From Bacteroidota bacterium (GTDB taxonomy: Bacteria > Bacteroidota > Bacteroidia > Bacteroidales > JAADGE01): 56,808 bases of DNA. The stretch is from contig JAJRUH010000065.1 of assembly GCA_024277895.1 (NCBI GenBank), positions 1-56,808 of the forward strand. The letters are read 5' to 3'. The position numbers and the translations under genes were made by a program. A model generated the notes under the pieces. It was not told where the DNA came from. It was given only the letters and a program-made list of their open reading frames with translations, and ran no database searches. Positions 36,815 to 46,235 of this stretch are shown here, piece after piece (within the stretch, counting starts at the first letter, position 1; the number at the start of each line of letters is the position of its first letter).

Positions 36815-37086
36815 CTTTTTTTCCGTAAAGATAAAATATTATTTACAACGGTTATAAATAACCGGAAATTATTACATAATATTTCTCGATAATTAAAAAA
36901 AAACATAATTCCGGGGCTGTTAATTTAACATTTATTTATTTTTTTAAATCAGAAATAATTCATAAAATATACATATTCTTCCAAACAAAGAGAATATGAA
37001 AAAATATAAAATTTCTCGAAATGTTGTTATTTCAGAATATATTTAGTAACTTTCGAGAAAAATTATTAATCAATAAACTTCATATT

Positions 37087-37941
37087 ATGAAGACTCATAC
37101 TAAGAATGCGATTTTAATACCTACTGACTTCTCGGAGGTATGTAACAATGCTGTTGAACACGGAATGGTTCTGGCAAAAGCACTGGCAAGTCAAGTTTGG
37201 CTGCTACATGTTTTCGACAAAGACACTCAAAAATATTTGGACGAAAATAACCTTGAAGAAACCGACATAGAATCGATGTTAAAACAAACAGCCGAAAAAT
37301 ATTCGGAGAAATACGGGGTTTCGGTTAACACTCATATCAAATACGGAAATTTATTTGATAAAATTAAAGAAATGAATGACAAAATTCAGGCAAAATTAAT
37401 CATTCTCGGAACTCACGGAAAAGTAGGCTTTCAAAAAATCACGGGAAGCTATGTTTTAAAAGTTGTAACGTCAACAAATACACCGACAATTGTGGTTCAA
37501 AAAAATTCAAATCCGAAAGGATATAAAAATATTATTTTTCCTATAACTGCATCTACCGAAGACAGGCAAAAAGTAATGTGGGCAATAAATATTGCTAAAT
37601 TATTTGATGCAACCGTTCATCTTATTCCGAAATTTGAATCGGAAAGATACCACAAAACAAAAATTATGAACGTTACAAAGCAAATTAAGACGATATTATC
37701 GGAATATGACATTAAATTTGTTGATAAAGTTTCGTCGCCCGGTGCAGGAAATTTTGCCAAGCAAGTTATTGACTATGCTGTTGAGTATAAGGGAGATTTG
37801 ATTATGACTTTAGTTGATAAAGGTAAAACATTTTTCTTTGCTTCCTGGGATGAACAAATTATTTATAATTCTTCTCAAATTCCGGTTATTTGTATTAACC
37901 CTATTGACACAAAAAAATCTACTTGGGAAAAAAGTTGGTAA
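37087..37941 (+). CDS. Tandem-domain universal stress protein
   Basis: ILIPTDFS, LIILGTHG, GSYV; second domain NIIFP; start placed at ATG 37087 (ORF track uses 37021). Confidence 0.88.
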   Translation: MKTHTKNAILIPTDFSEVCNNAVEHGMVLAKALASQVWLLHVFDKDTQKYLDENNLEETDIESMLKQTAEKYSEKYGVSVNTHIKYGNLFDKIKEMNDKIQAKLIILGTHGKVGFQKITGSYVLKVVTSTNTPTIVVQKNSNPKGYKNIIFPITASTEDRQKVMWAINIAKLFDATVHLIPKFESERYHKTKIMNVTKQIKTILSEYDIKFVDKVSSPGAGNFAKQVIDYAVEYKGDLIMTLVDKGKTFFFASWDEQIIYNSSQIPVICINPIDTKKSTWEKSW

Positions 37942-37962
37942 TATTGTTATCAGATAAAAATC

Positions 37963-38000
37963 AAAAACAGAGATATTGTATTAATGTCTCTGTTTTGTTT
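37963..38000 (+). terminator. Intrinsic terminator after the usp gene
   Basis: AAAACAGAGATATT/AATGTCTCTGTTTT stem. Confidence 0.65.
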
Positions 38001-38076
38001 TATAACATTTGATTGAATTCACATTTTTTCTATTAATAATTTCAGATAATTATAAAAGTATTTACTTTTGCAGCTT

Positions 38077-38149
38077 GCCACTTTAGCTCAGTCGGCAGAG
38101 CAGCTCATTCGTAATGAGCAGGTCGTGGGTTCGAGTCCCATGAGTGGCT
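38077..38149 (+). tRNA. tRNA-Thr(CGT)
   Basis: Acceptor GCCACTT/GAGTGGC, D arm AGCTCAGTCGGCAGAGC, anticodon arm GCTCA-TTCGTAA-TGAGC, T loop GGTTCGAGTCC; CCA not encoded; promoter TACTTTTG at 38063-38070. Confidence 0.95.
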
Positions 38150-38158
38150 CTTCCTTTT

Positions 38159-38231
38159 GCGAGAATAGCTCAGTCGGCAGAGCATCAGCTTCCCAAGCTG
38201 AGGGTCGCGGGTTCGAATCCCGTTTCTCGCT
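38159..38231 (+). tRNA. tRNA-Gly(CCC)
   Basis: Acceptor GCGAGAA/TTCTCGC, anticodon arm TCAGC-TTCCCAA-GCTGA, T loop GGTTCGAATCC. Confidence 0.95.
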
Positions 38232-38387
38232 CTTTGTATTACAGACATTTACATAAATCTTATTTCTGCATACATCTTACCGGTGTAAAAATTTTTAATT
38301 ATATATTTTTTTTGACATTTCGTTTAATAAACAATAATAAGTAATTTATTTTTCAAATATACTTAAGAAAATGAATTAAATGTCAAA

Positions 38388-38460
38388 GGAAAAATTCACA
38401 TTTTCCTTAATGAAGTTCAAAACATTAAAAACCGAGAAACTTTTGGATAAAACACTTTAT
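38388..38460 (+). pseudogene. Fragment of an AAA+ ATPase (AAA_14/DUF4143 type), Walker B region
   Basis: Reads GKIHIFLNEVQNIKNRETF, then KTLY after a frameshift; resembles IFLDEVQN..WE.F.K.LY. Confidence 0.5.
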
Positions 38461-38486
38461 GTACAAGTTACATATCTTTTGCCGAC

Positions 38487-38810
38487 GGAAAAACAATAAA
38501 ACGAAAATTTTGTAATTTCAGCTATATAATGACAATAAAATACCTCAAAAGAGCCGAAGTTAATATCTGCTTAATTTTTACGGCATATAATCTGCGAAGA
38601 TTTATAAAAATTTTATCGGGGTTAAAAAGTTATCGGAATACCTGAAAGATACTATTATTCTGTATATCAATTTGTTAACCGAGATACGACTTTAAATAAG
38701 CCGATTTAAGACATTTTATTTTTCTGCAGATTTTCTGTACTTTTTCAAAAATAATCGATTAAAATTCAATATCAAAATTTAAAATATTCGGCGGTTTTTA
38801 AACGAACTGC
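38487..38810 (+). mobile_element. IS1182-family transposase 3' remnant with probable right end
   Basis: In frame GKTIKRKFCNFSYIMTIKYLKRAEVNICLIFTAYNLRRFIKI, like the DDE C-terminus TIKR..GF.YI...L.FTAYNLRR; ends GGCGGTTTTTAAACGAACTGC. Confidence 0.65.
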
Positions 38811-38868
38811 CGTTACCCATTATTTGAAAAAAAGATAAAATAAAATTTGGGTTTTAAAACAGAAGTAT

Positions 38869-38884
38869 TAACTTTGTAATTACA
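38869..38884 (+). promoter_or_regulatory. TA-operon promoter (-7 TAACTTTG) overlapping the palindrome TGTAATTACA
   Basis: -33 TTTG at 38846-38849; perfect 10-bp palindrome at 38875-38884, a typical place for an antitoxin operator. Confidence 0.6.
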
Positions 38885-38902
38885 TATATAAAAAATAAAC
38901 AA

Positions 38903-39148
38903 ATGGAATTATCAATAATACAAATAGGAAATTCAAAAGGATTCAGGCTTTCAAAAACCTTGATTGAGAAATATAATATCAAAGACAAGGTTGAACTTAT
39001 TCTTGAAAAGGAATATTTGATTTTAAAACCTATTTCAAGTCCGAGGAAAGGTTGGGAAACAGCATTTAAGGAAATGAATGAAAAAGGAGATGACCAACTA
39101 TTATTCAATGACGTTTTTAAAAATGAGAGCTTGGAAGAATGGAATTAA
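38903..39148 (+). CDS. AbrB/MazE family antitoxin
   Basis: IIQIGNSKGFRLSK, PRKGWE, acidic C-terminus; overlaps the toxin start. Confidence 0.9.
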   Translation: MELSIIQIGNSKGFRLSKTLIEKYNIKDKVELILEKEYLILKPISSPRKGWETAFKEMNEKGDDQLLFNDVFKNESLEEWN

Positions 39149-39462
39149 AACAGTATCAAATAGTTCTTGTAAATCTTGACCCGACTGTCGGAAGTGAAAT
39201 AAAAAAAACCGGACCCTGTGTAATTATTTCTCCGGACGAAATGAATAAATATCTTAGGACAATAACTGTTGCACCAATTACCACAACTTCAAGAAAATAT
39301 CCTACAAGAATTGAAGTAAAACACGACAGAAAAATAGGCCGGATTGTAGTTGACCAAATTCGTACTATTGATAAACAACGAATTATTAGAATTTTAGAGA
39401 GTCTGTCAAAACCCGAAATCAAGGAATTGAAATCCGTGATAAAAGAAACATTTGCAGACTAA
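39139..39462 (+). CDS. PemK/MazF family toxin (catalytic Arg25 replaced by Gly)
   Basis: LDPTVGSEIKKTGPCVIIS, APIT, DQIRTIDK. Confidence 0.9.
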   Translation: MELKQYQIVLVNLDPTVGSEIKKTGPCVIISPDEMNKYLRTITVAPITTTSRKYPTRIEVKHDRKIGRIVVDQIRTIDKQRIIRILESLSKPEIKELKSVIKETFAD

Positions 39463-39470
39463 AAAAACAG

Positions 39471-40558
39471 CATTATCCTAAAAACTGTGTAAAGTTGATT
39501 TTCCTTTTTCCTTCATTTTTCGAAAAAGGAAAAATTATTATATTTATCAACTAAAACACAGAATTATAACAGAAGAAGAATTATTAAACAGTAATTTTTC
39601 TTTATGATACAATTTTTTCAGATTCTATAGGTATCAAGCATATAAAACCTTGGGAACTTATTTAGCAAAAATATATGAAAATACAATATTGTTCCGATTT
39701 ACATTTGGAGTTTTCCGATAATGAAAAATTTCTGAAAGAAACTCCGTTGAAAGCAAAAGGAGATATTTTAATATTAGCGGGAGACATAATTCCTTTAAAA
39801 ATATCAGAAAAATTCGGTTATTTTTTTGATTTTCTGTCTGATAATTTCAAATATACTTATTGGATACCCGGTAATCATGAATATTATTATTATGACATAG
39901 CAGATAAAGGAACAGTTTTTAATGAAAAAATCAGAAAGAATGTATTTTTAGTTAATAACATTTCTGTAGTTCATGATAATGTCAAATTTATCTTTTCAAC
40001 CTTATGGTCAAAGATAAGACCTGCATATCAACGGCAAATTGAAAGAAGAATGAGCGATTTTCACGTTATAAAATATTTCGGGACACATTTTTCAGCATCT
40101 CAATATAATAAATTGCATAATGAAAGTTTAGATTTTATAAAACAAGAATTAAAAAATGTTAAAGAAGATACAATAATTGTTGCCACCCACCATGTTCCGA
40201 CTTTTATGAATTATCCGGAGCAATATAAAGGAGATACATTAAATGATACTTTCGCCGTTGAGTTATTTGAACTTATTAAAAATTCAGATATTAATTATTG
40301 GATATTCGGGCATCATCATAAAAACATTCCGGAATTTAAAATAGGAAAAACCGGCATGCTTACAAATCAATTAGGATATGTAATGTTTGAAAACACAGAA
40401 TTATTTAATCCGGGAAAATATTTTGAAATTGATTAAAATTACTGCCGATTTTCAAGTTCATTTGTTTGCATAAAAGAATTTAATTTAAAATAAGCTTTGC
40501 TTAAAAATAATTTATCAATGGCAGAGGGCAAGCAACTTTACACAGTTTTAGGATAATG
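39471..40558. mobile_element. Non-autonomous cassette bounded by IS256-like terminal inverted repeats
   Basis: CATTATCCTAAAAACTGTGTAAAGTTG (39471-39497) and CAACTTTACACAGTTTTAGGATAATG (40533-40558) are reverse complements apart from one A indel; no transposase inside. Confidence 0.75.
39675..40436 (+). CDS. Calcineurin-like metallophosphoesterase
   Basis: SDLHLE, LAGDI, PGNHEY, THHVP, FGHHH. Confidence 0.9.
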   Translation: MKIQYCSDLHLEFSDNEKFLKETPLKAKGDILILAGDIIPLKISEKFGYFFDFLSDNFKYTYWIPGNHEYYYYDIADKGTVFNEKIRKNVFLVNNISVVHDNVKFIFSTLWSKIRPAYQRQIERRMSDFHVIKYFGTHFSASQYNKLHNESLDFIKQELKNVKEDTIIVATHHVPTFMNYPEQYKGDTLNDTFAVELFELIKNSDINYWIFGHHHKNIPEFKIGKTGMLTNQLGYVMFENTELFNPGKYFEID

Positions 40559-40635
40559 TCAAAATTCTCAAACGAAAACTTTACTTACAATTTATCAAAA
40601 AACATACCGATTACAGTATGTTTTTTAATAAAATT

Positions 40636-40670
40636 TATGCCCGATTTTATCAACCGGGCATATTAAAAAA
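40636..40670. terminator. Terminator hairpin downstream of the yfdX-like gene
   Basis: TATGCCCG/CGGGCATA stem; a second stem AAAAAACATAC/GTATGTTTTTT lies at about 40597-40626. Confidence 0.6.
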
Positions 40671-40673
40671 TAT

Positions 40674-41630
40674 TTATTTTACTTTTGTCTTATCTGTTTT
40701 TAAAAACAATCGTTCTTTAAATTTTATAATATCATTCTTTAATGAATCAAATTCTGACTGACTGTCAGATTTGCTTTTAACAGATTCTTTAAGTTTTTTA
40801 ATTGAAGCAGACAATGCTTTAAAGTCTTTGTCCTTATTACCGTAACCCATAGCTTTTGCAAATTTCAACTGATAATCGGCAGCATCTAAAAGTGTCATTA
40901 CCTTTTCGGAATTTTTGTGGTTATCTGCATCAATCTTTTTTGCCATAATAATCATTTGTTCAGCCTTCAGAACCGGTAAAGGTAAAATTGTTTTTACTTC
41001 AACTACAGAAGCAGGAAGTTGTTGCAAAACCAATTTAGCATCTTCAGGTTTATTGTTTTCTAAAAAGATAATTGCTTGTTTTATTGCATCAGGATATGTT
41101 GCAAGAGGGATATAAAAATCCGAAATTATTATCTCACTTTTTAAATTCTTCAGCAAATCAGAAGCATCTTGATAATAGCCTTTATCCATTGCTTTTTCGG
41201 CAGATTTGACAATATTTTTAACAGTTCCCATATCCGTCATTACTTCATTCTTTTTGAAACTTACATCAGCCAGAATAAGATTATCATCAGGATTATTTGC
41301 TAATAAAACTTCTAATTTTCCGATTAATTCATTTCCGGCATTAACAGCTTCTTTAGTTTTATGTTCATTAATCAGTTTAAAAATTTTATTAGTTTCTGAA
41401 GCAGTTGTAAACGCTTCATTAATTATGCTGTCTTTCCGCTTGGAAACGGTATTGTTAATTTGTCTGTATATAGCTGCATACAAACTATCCGTAACTGCAT
41501 TTTCAATTTTAACATTATCAGGAGCAACATTTTCAGATTCGCCTTTTTCTTCTGAGTTTGTAGTTTGTCCGCAAGAACTAAAGAAAAACAAACCCAAAAA
41601 AATCCATAAAAAAATACTTCGCTTTTTCAT
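40674..41630 (-). CDS. YfdX family lipoprotein
   Basis: Lipobox FSSC; GKLEVLLA.NP, L.SEI.....IPLATYPDAIK, PLPVLKAE, YQL..AKAMGYG. Confidence 0.75.
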   Translation of the reverse strand: MKKRSIFLWIFLGLFFFSSCGQTTNSEEKGESENVAPDNVKIENAVTDSLYAAIYRQINNTVSKRKDSIINEAFTTASETNKIFKLINEHKTKEAVNAGNELIGKLEVLLANNPDDNLILADVSFKKNEVMTDMGTVKNIVKSAEKAMDKGYYQDASDLLKNLKSEIIISDFYIPLATYPDAIKQAIIFLENNKPEDAKLVLQQLPASVVEVKTILPLPVLKAEQMIIMAKKIDADNHKNSEKVMTLLDAADYQLKFAKAMGYGNKDKDFKALSASIKKLKESVKSKSDSQSEFDSLKNDIIKFKERLFLKTDKTKVK

Positions 41631-41675
41631 TGTTTTATAATTTTAATTTATAAATAAGTTATTTCTTTAGGTAAA

Positions 41676-41748
41676 ACAAAATATATTCCGCAGCGAAAAA
41701 CCTGTCATTTTGTCATTTTTATTGGCTTTTTGCAGCGTCATATTGTCA
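41676..41748 (-). promoter_or_regulatory. Sigma54-like promoter (GGAATATATTTTGT) with two upstream TGACA-N3-TGAC boxes
   Basis: On the plus strand: ACAAAATATATTCC 41676-41689, TGTCATTTTGTCA 41703-41715, CGTCATATTGTCA 41736-41748. Confidence 0.55.
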
Positions 41749-42228
41749 GCTAGCCAAAAACGACAGTTGATTTTCAATAATATTTCTGCCGATTAATTAT
41801 TTTAAAATCAATTAATTAACGGAAATAAAACAATGAAATAATGACAAAGATTAATTATTATTAGAATTATATAAAATAAGGTCTTTTAAAATTGATATTT
41901 GATATAGTTCAGACACATAAATTCAAGCAATAAACACAACTTTTATAAAGATAAACATTAAGAAAATAACTATATTTTTTAAAATAAGAAAGCAAAGGTA
42001 TCCTCATTCGGGAATTAGTAAAAGCCAAATTTAATTATCTGCAAAAAACTTACTTTTAATTAACGGAACAATCCGCCTAACACATTTTTAATTTAGTCCC
42101 TTAACTTATAAAATATTAAAATATCTTCATATATTGTTGTCAAACACTTTTTATTATTTTGTTTAATCATTATAATAATCTATTTTTGGGATTTACAAAT
42201 TAACAATAATTCATTAAACTAATTATAA

Positions 42229-43098
42229 ATGAGCGTATTAGTAAATAAAAATTCGAAAGTTATCGTTCAGGGATTTACCGGAAGCGAAGGAACTTTTCAT
42301 GCCGGACAAATGATTGAATACGGAACAAATATTGTCGGAGGCGTAACTCCGGGAAAAGGCGGACAATTTAGACTTGACAAACCGATTTTTAATACCGTAA
42401 GCGATGCCGTTGCAAAAACCGGAGCAGATGTTTCCATTATTTTTGTACCGCCGGCTTTTGCCGCCGATGCCATTATGGAAGCTGCCGAAGCAGGCATTAA
42501 AGTAATTGTTGCTATTACCGAAGGCATTCCTACTGCCGATATGGTAAAAGTTAAAGAATATTTGAAAGATAAAGATTCTACATTAATAGGTCCCAATTGC
42601 CCGGGAATTATTACTGCCGAAGAAGCAAAAATAGGTATTATGCCCGGATTTATTTTTAAGAAAGGAAGTGTCGGTATCATCTCAAAATCAGGAACTTTAA
42701 CCTATGAAGCAGTTGACCAAATTACAAAAGCAGGTCTTGGACAAACTACGGCAATCGGTATAGGAGGCGATCCTATTATCGGAACATCAACATTAGATGC
42801 AGTAAAACTTTTTGAAGCAGATCCTGACACAAAAGGAATTATAATGATTGGAGAGATCGGCGGAAATATGGAAGCCGAAGCCGCAGAATGGATTAAAGAG
42901 CACGGAACAAAACCTGTTGTAGGATTTATTGCCGGAGAAACAGCTCCAAAAGGGAAAAGAATGGGACATGCCGGAGCAATAATCGGCGGAAAAGCAGATA
43001 CTGCACAAGCTAAAAAACAAATTTTGAGAGAATGCGGTGTTCATGTTGTTGACTCTCCGGCCAATATCGGAACTAAAATGGCAGAGCTTCTTAAATAA
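42229..43098 (+). CDS. sucD: Succinyl-CoA synthetase alpha subunit
   Basis: [37 protein letters not shown] (phospho-His); promoter TATTTTTG at 42181-42188. Confidence 0.97.
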   Translation: MSVLVNKNSKVIVQGFTGSEGTFHAGQMIEYGTNIVGGVTPGKGGQFRLDKPIFNTVSDAVAKTGADVSIIFVPPAFAADAIMEAAEAGIKVIVAITEGIPTADMVKVKEYLKDKDSTLIGPNCPGIITAEEAKIGIMPGFIFKKGSVGIISKSGTLTYEAVDQITKAGLGQTTAIGIGGDPIIGTSTLDAVKLFEADPDTKGIIMIGEIGGNMEAEAAEWIKEHGTKPVVGFIAGETAPKGKRMGHAGAIIGGKADTAQAKKQILRECGVHVVDSPANIGTKMAELLK

Positions 43099-43162
43099 TT
43101 GAAAGTTTATAAAGTTAAGATTGAAAAAACTCAGACTTTATGTCGAAGTAAATTTAAAAATT

Positions 43163-43191
43163 CCTGCATTAATTCAAATGCAGGTTTTTTT
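43163..43191 (+). terminator. Intrinsic terminator after sucD
   Basis: CCTGCATT/AATGCAGG plus T7. Confidence 0.75.
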
Positions 43192-43358
43192 CATTCCAAT
43201 TGAGTTAAGATTTACAATATTTTTCATAAATAAACTCAAATTATTATATTACAATAAATTATAAAACATACTCAATTATGTTTTATGACATATGTAAATA
43301 TTTTTATATTCTTTAACTTTGAATTTAATTTGGTTTTTAAAAATATAAATCAGACAGT

Positions 43359-44756
43359 ATGGAATACAGAATTGAACATGACACAATGGGAGAAGTAAAA
43401 GTTCCCGCTGATAAATATTGGGGTGCACAAACGCAACGCTCAAAAGATAATTTTAAAATAGGTAAACCTGCTTCTATGCCGAAAGAAATTATAAATGCTT
43501 TCGGATATTTAAAGAAGGCTGCCGCACAAGCAAATTTCGAACTTGGAGTTCTTCCGGAAAATAAAATGAAATTGATTGAAAAAGTTTGTGATGAGATTAC
43601 AGAAGGAAAATTAGATGACCAATTTCCTCTCGTTATTTGGCAAACCGGTTCAGGAACTCAATCTAATATGAACGTTAACGAAGTTGTTTCAAACCGAGCT
43701 CATGTATTAAGCGGAGGTAAACTTGATGACGCAAAAAAAATCATTCATCCGAATGATGATGTAAATAAATCGCAATCGTCTAACGATACATTTCCCACAG
43801 CTATGCACATTGCCGCATATAAAATGCTGATAGAAAAGACAATACCGGGCATACAAAAATTGAGAAATACTCTAGAAGATAAATCATCCGAGTTTAAAAA
43901 CGTTGTAAAAAACGGCAGAACTCACTGGATGGATGCCACACCATTAACATTAGGACAAGAATTTTCCGGTTATGTTTCTCAGTTAGATCACGGATTACTG
44001 GCATTAAAAAATACTATGGAACACCTTACGGAACTTGCTCTCGGCGGAACTGCAGTAGGAACCGGACTTAATACGCCGAAAGGTTACGATAAATTAGTTG
44101 CCCAAAAAATTGCACATCTTACCGGCTTACCTTTTATTACAGGAAAAAATAAATATGAAGGTTTGGCAGCACATGATGCCATTGTAGAATCGTCCGGTGC
44201 TTTAAAACAACTTGCAGTAAGTTTAATGAAAATTGCCAATGATATTCGTGTTATGGCATCCGGACCGAGAGGCGGAATCGGCGAATTAATCATTCCTTCA
44301 AATGAACCCGGTTCTTCAATTATGCCCGGAAAAGTTAATCCGACACAAGTTGAAGCATTAACAATGGTTTGTGCACAAGTTATCGGAAACGATACAGCTG
44401 TTACCGTCGGCGGTATGCAAGGACATTTTGAATTAAATGTATTTAAACCGGTTATGATTCATAATTTTTTAGAATCGGCAAAATTACTGGGCGATGCTTG
44501 TATCTCCTTCAATGATAATCTTGCTGTAGGTATTGAACCGAATTATACGGAAATTAAACACAAATTGGAAAATACTTTAATGCTTGTAACGGCACTAAAT
44601 ACAAAAATAGGTTATGAAAAAGCCGCCAAGATTGCCAAAAAAGCTCATGCAGAAGGTACAACTTTAAGGCAAGCAGCTATTGAGCTTGGTTTTGTTACCG
44701 ATGAGCAATTTACTGAATGGGTTGATCCGTCAAAAATGGTCGGCACTTTAGAGTAA
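43359..44756 (+). CDS. fumC: Fumarate hydratase class II
   Basis: [43 protein letters not shown]. Confidence 0.97.
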   Translation: MEYRIEHDTMGEVKVPADKYWGAQTQRSKDNFKIGKPASMPKEIINAFGYLKKAAAQANFELGVLPENKMKLIEKVCDEITEGKLDDQFPLVIWQTGSGTQSNMNVNEVVSNRAHVLSGGKLDDAKKIIHPNDDVNKSQSSNDTFPTAMHIAAYKMLIEKTIPGIQKLRNTLEDKSSEFKNVVKNGRTHWMDATPLTLGQEFSGYVSQLDHGLLALKNTMEHLTELALGGTAVGTGLNTPKGYDKLVAQKIAHLTGLPFITGKNKYEGLAAHDAIVESSGALKQLAVSLMKIANDIRVMASGPRGGIGELIIPSNEPGSSIMPGKVNPTQVEALTMVCAQVIGNDTAVTVGGMQGHFELNVFKPVMIHNFLESAKLLGDACISFNDNLAVGIEPNYTEIKHKLENTLMLVTALNTKIGYEKAAKIAKKAHAEGTTLRQAAIELGFVTDEQFTEWVDPSKMVGTLE

Positions 44757-44758
44757 AC

Positions 44759-44993
44759 AGGGCTTGCTGAAAAACGCTAATATATTTGTGTTTCAGTTAC
44801 TTATAAGATTATTTACATATACAAGTGCAAGATTTTTAATTCATTTCACCCTATTTCCTTGCACTTGTGTAAAATATTTTAACTGCCCACAGGCACACCA
44901 TCTTTCAAATTCCTCTTATTTCACAGTATTTATATACGACTTCAAACGAGAAACTTGAAAGATGGTGTGCCTGTGAGCTTTTCAGCAAGCCCT
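44759..44993. mobile_element. MITE-like structured element, copy 2 (235 bp, inverted relative to copy 1)
   Basis: TIRs AGGGCTTGCTGAAAA...TTTTCAGCAAGCCCT; perfect 21-bp internal inverted repeat 44888-44908/44955-44975; starts 2 bp after the fumC stop. Confidence 0.85.
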
Positions 44994-45014
44994 AAATATA
45001 GTTACCCGAATAAT

Positions 45015-45049
45015 AAAAAATCAGATTTCTTAAGAAGTCGGATTTTTTT
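45015..45049. terminator. Bidirectional intrinsic terminator
   Basis: AAAAAATCAGATTTCT/AGAAGTCGGATTTTTTT between convergent genes. Confidence 0.7.
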
Positions 45050-45052
45050 ATT

Positions 45053-46201
45053 TTACAATTTAATTTTACTTATTAAAGGATTGGAATAAAGACCGTAAAA
45101 GATTTTTTCAAGAATTATTTTGTCTCCGTCTATTGAATCAATTGTTTTTTTGCAAATCATTCGCAATTTAGTTTCTTCTGCTTTTATATATTTATTTTCT
45201 TTGAAGAACTTTTTAGAACCCGTTAAAATATCAAATGCAATATAATTCGGTTTTGTTAATACATAATTTTTATAAATCTCATTATCAATTCTTTCGGCAA
45301 GAGTCGAAAATTTTTCATTACGTTTTTTAATTTTTTCAATACTTTTTAAATCTTCATTAACAGGTTTCCCGAAGACAATATTTACTTTACCTTTCATACT
45401 ATATAAACCTCTGCCCATATCTTTCAAATCTTCTTCCTGAGTTTTTGTATATTTTTCTCCTGTTTTTTTTGAAAAAGTTGCAGCAATTTTTGATTCAATA
45501 GTCGGTTCATTTTCGTAGGATACGCTTACAGGAACAATATTTACTTCAGAAAAGCTGTCAGTAAAATTATTACATCCGCTCATATTAATCATTTTCAAAA
45601 TTGCAGGATCTGTTTTATCAATACCGTTTTTTGTTCTGCCTTCGCGTTGGGCAATCCAAACGGATGTATTACGATTGACGATTGTATCTCTGATATATGC
45701 CGATAGTTTTTGTGAGCCGATAAGCATTTCTTTTCCTTTTAAATCACGTCTTACAATAAAGGATTTATTCAATCTCACAAGCACATTTATCCACTTATGT
45801 ATCAGCAAATTATTACCTATTGCTATTTCAGATGTTTTGTGTCCGGCATTAAGCAAAACATGGTTTATAAGTGTAGAATCCAGAATAATATCTCTGTGAT
45901 TTGAGATAAACAAATATGCAGTATCCGGTTTCAGATTTTCCAAACCGGAAACTTTAAAATCGGAAACCGTAAGTTGTAAAAGGGCATTTACAAATTCCGA
46001 AATATATCTTTTCTGAAAATCATAAACAGAATTAACACGATACAATTCTTTACTTAAATGTGCAATACGTTCATCGGAATAGAGTTTTTTTAATATATAT
46101 ATAAAACCCTCATCATCAAGGATATCCAGAAGTTTATCGTGTACTTCCTCATCTCTGAAAGATCGAATATTATCAAAATTAAAGTTTTCGGTACTTAACA
46201 T
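45053..46201 (-). CDS. Glycerolipid acyltransferase (PlsC domain, Bacteroidetes type)
   Basis: SNHRDIILD (HxxxxD), AIGNNL, NKSFIVRR, WIAQREGRTKNG. Confidence 0.85.
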   Translation of the reverse strand: MLSTENFNFDNIRSFRDEEVHDKLLDILDDEGFIYILKKLYSDERIAHLSKELYRVNSVYDFQKRYISEFVNALLQLTVSDFKVSGLENLKPDTAYLFISNHRDIILDSTLINHVLLNAGHKTSEIAIGNNLLIHKWINVLVRLNKSFIVRRDLKGKEMLIGSQKLSAYIRDTIVNRNTSVWIAQREGRTKNGIDKTDPAILKMINMSGCNNFTDSFSEVNIVPVSVSYENEPTIESKIAATFSKKTGEKYTKTQEEDLKDMGRGLYSMKGKVNIVFGKPVNEDLKSIEKIKKRNEKFSTLAERIDNEIYKNYVLTKPNYIAFDILTGSKKFFKENKYIKAEETKLRMICKKTIDSIDGDKIILEKIFYGLYSNPLISKIKL

Positions 46202-46235
46202 TATTTATTATTTTTAAAATACGCAAATAAAAAAT

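Noticed and set aside
38068-38344. ORFs 38068-38256 and 38144-38344
   Set aside because: They overlap the two tRNA genes and are translation artefacts
38159-41700. attL/attR duplication of the tRNA-Gly 3' end
   Set aside because: No second copy of GTTCGAATCCCGTTTCTCGC was found by eye in the window
41750-42180. Long AT-rich intergenic region as a possible ncRNA
   Set aside because: No stable stems or recognisable RNA motif were seen; consistent with divergent promoter DNA
42229-43098. sucD without an adjacent sucC as an anomaly
   Set aside because: Split sucC and sucD loci are common in Bacteroidota; the gene has its own promoter and terminator
44764-44958. 64-aa ORF after fumC
   Set aside because: It lies wholly inside the MITE-like element, has a non-ATG start and resembles no protein family I recognise
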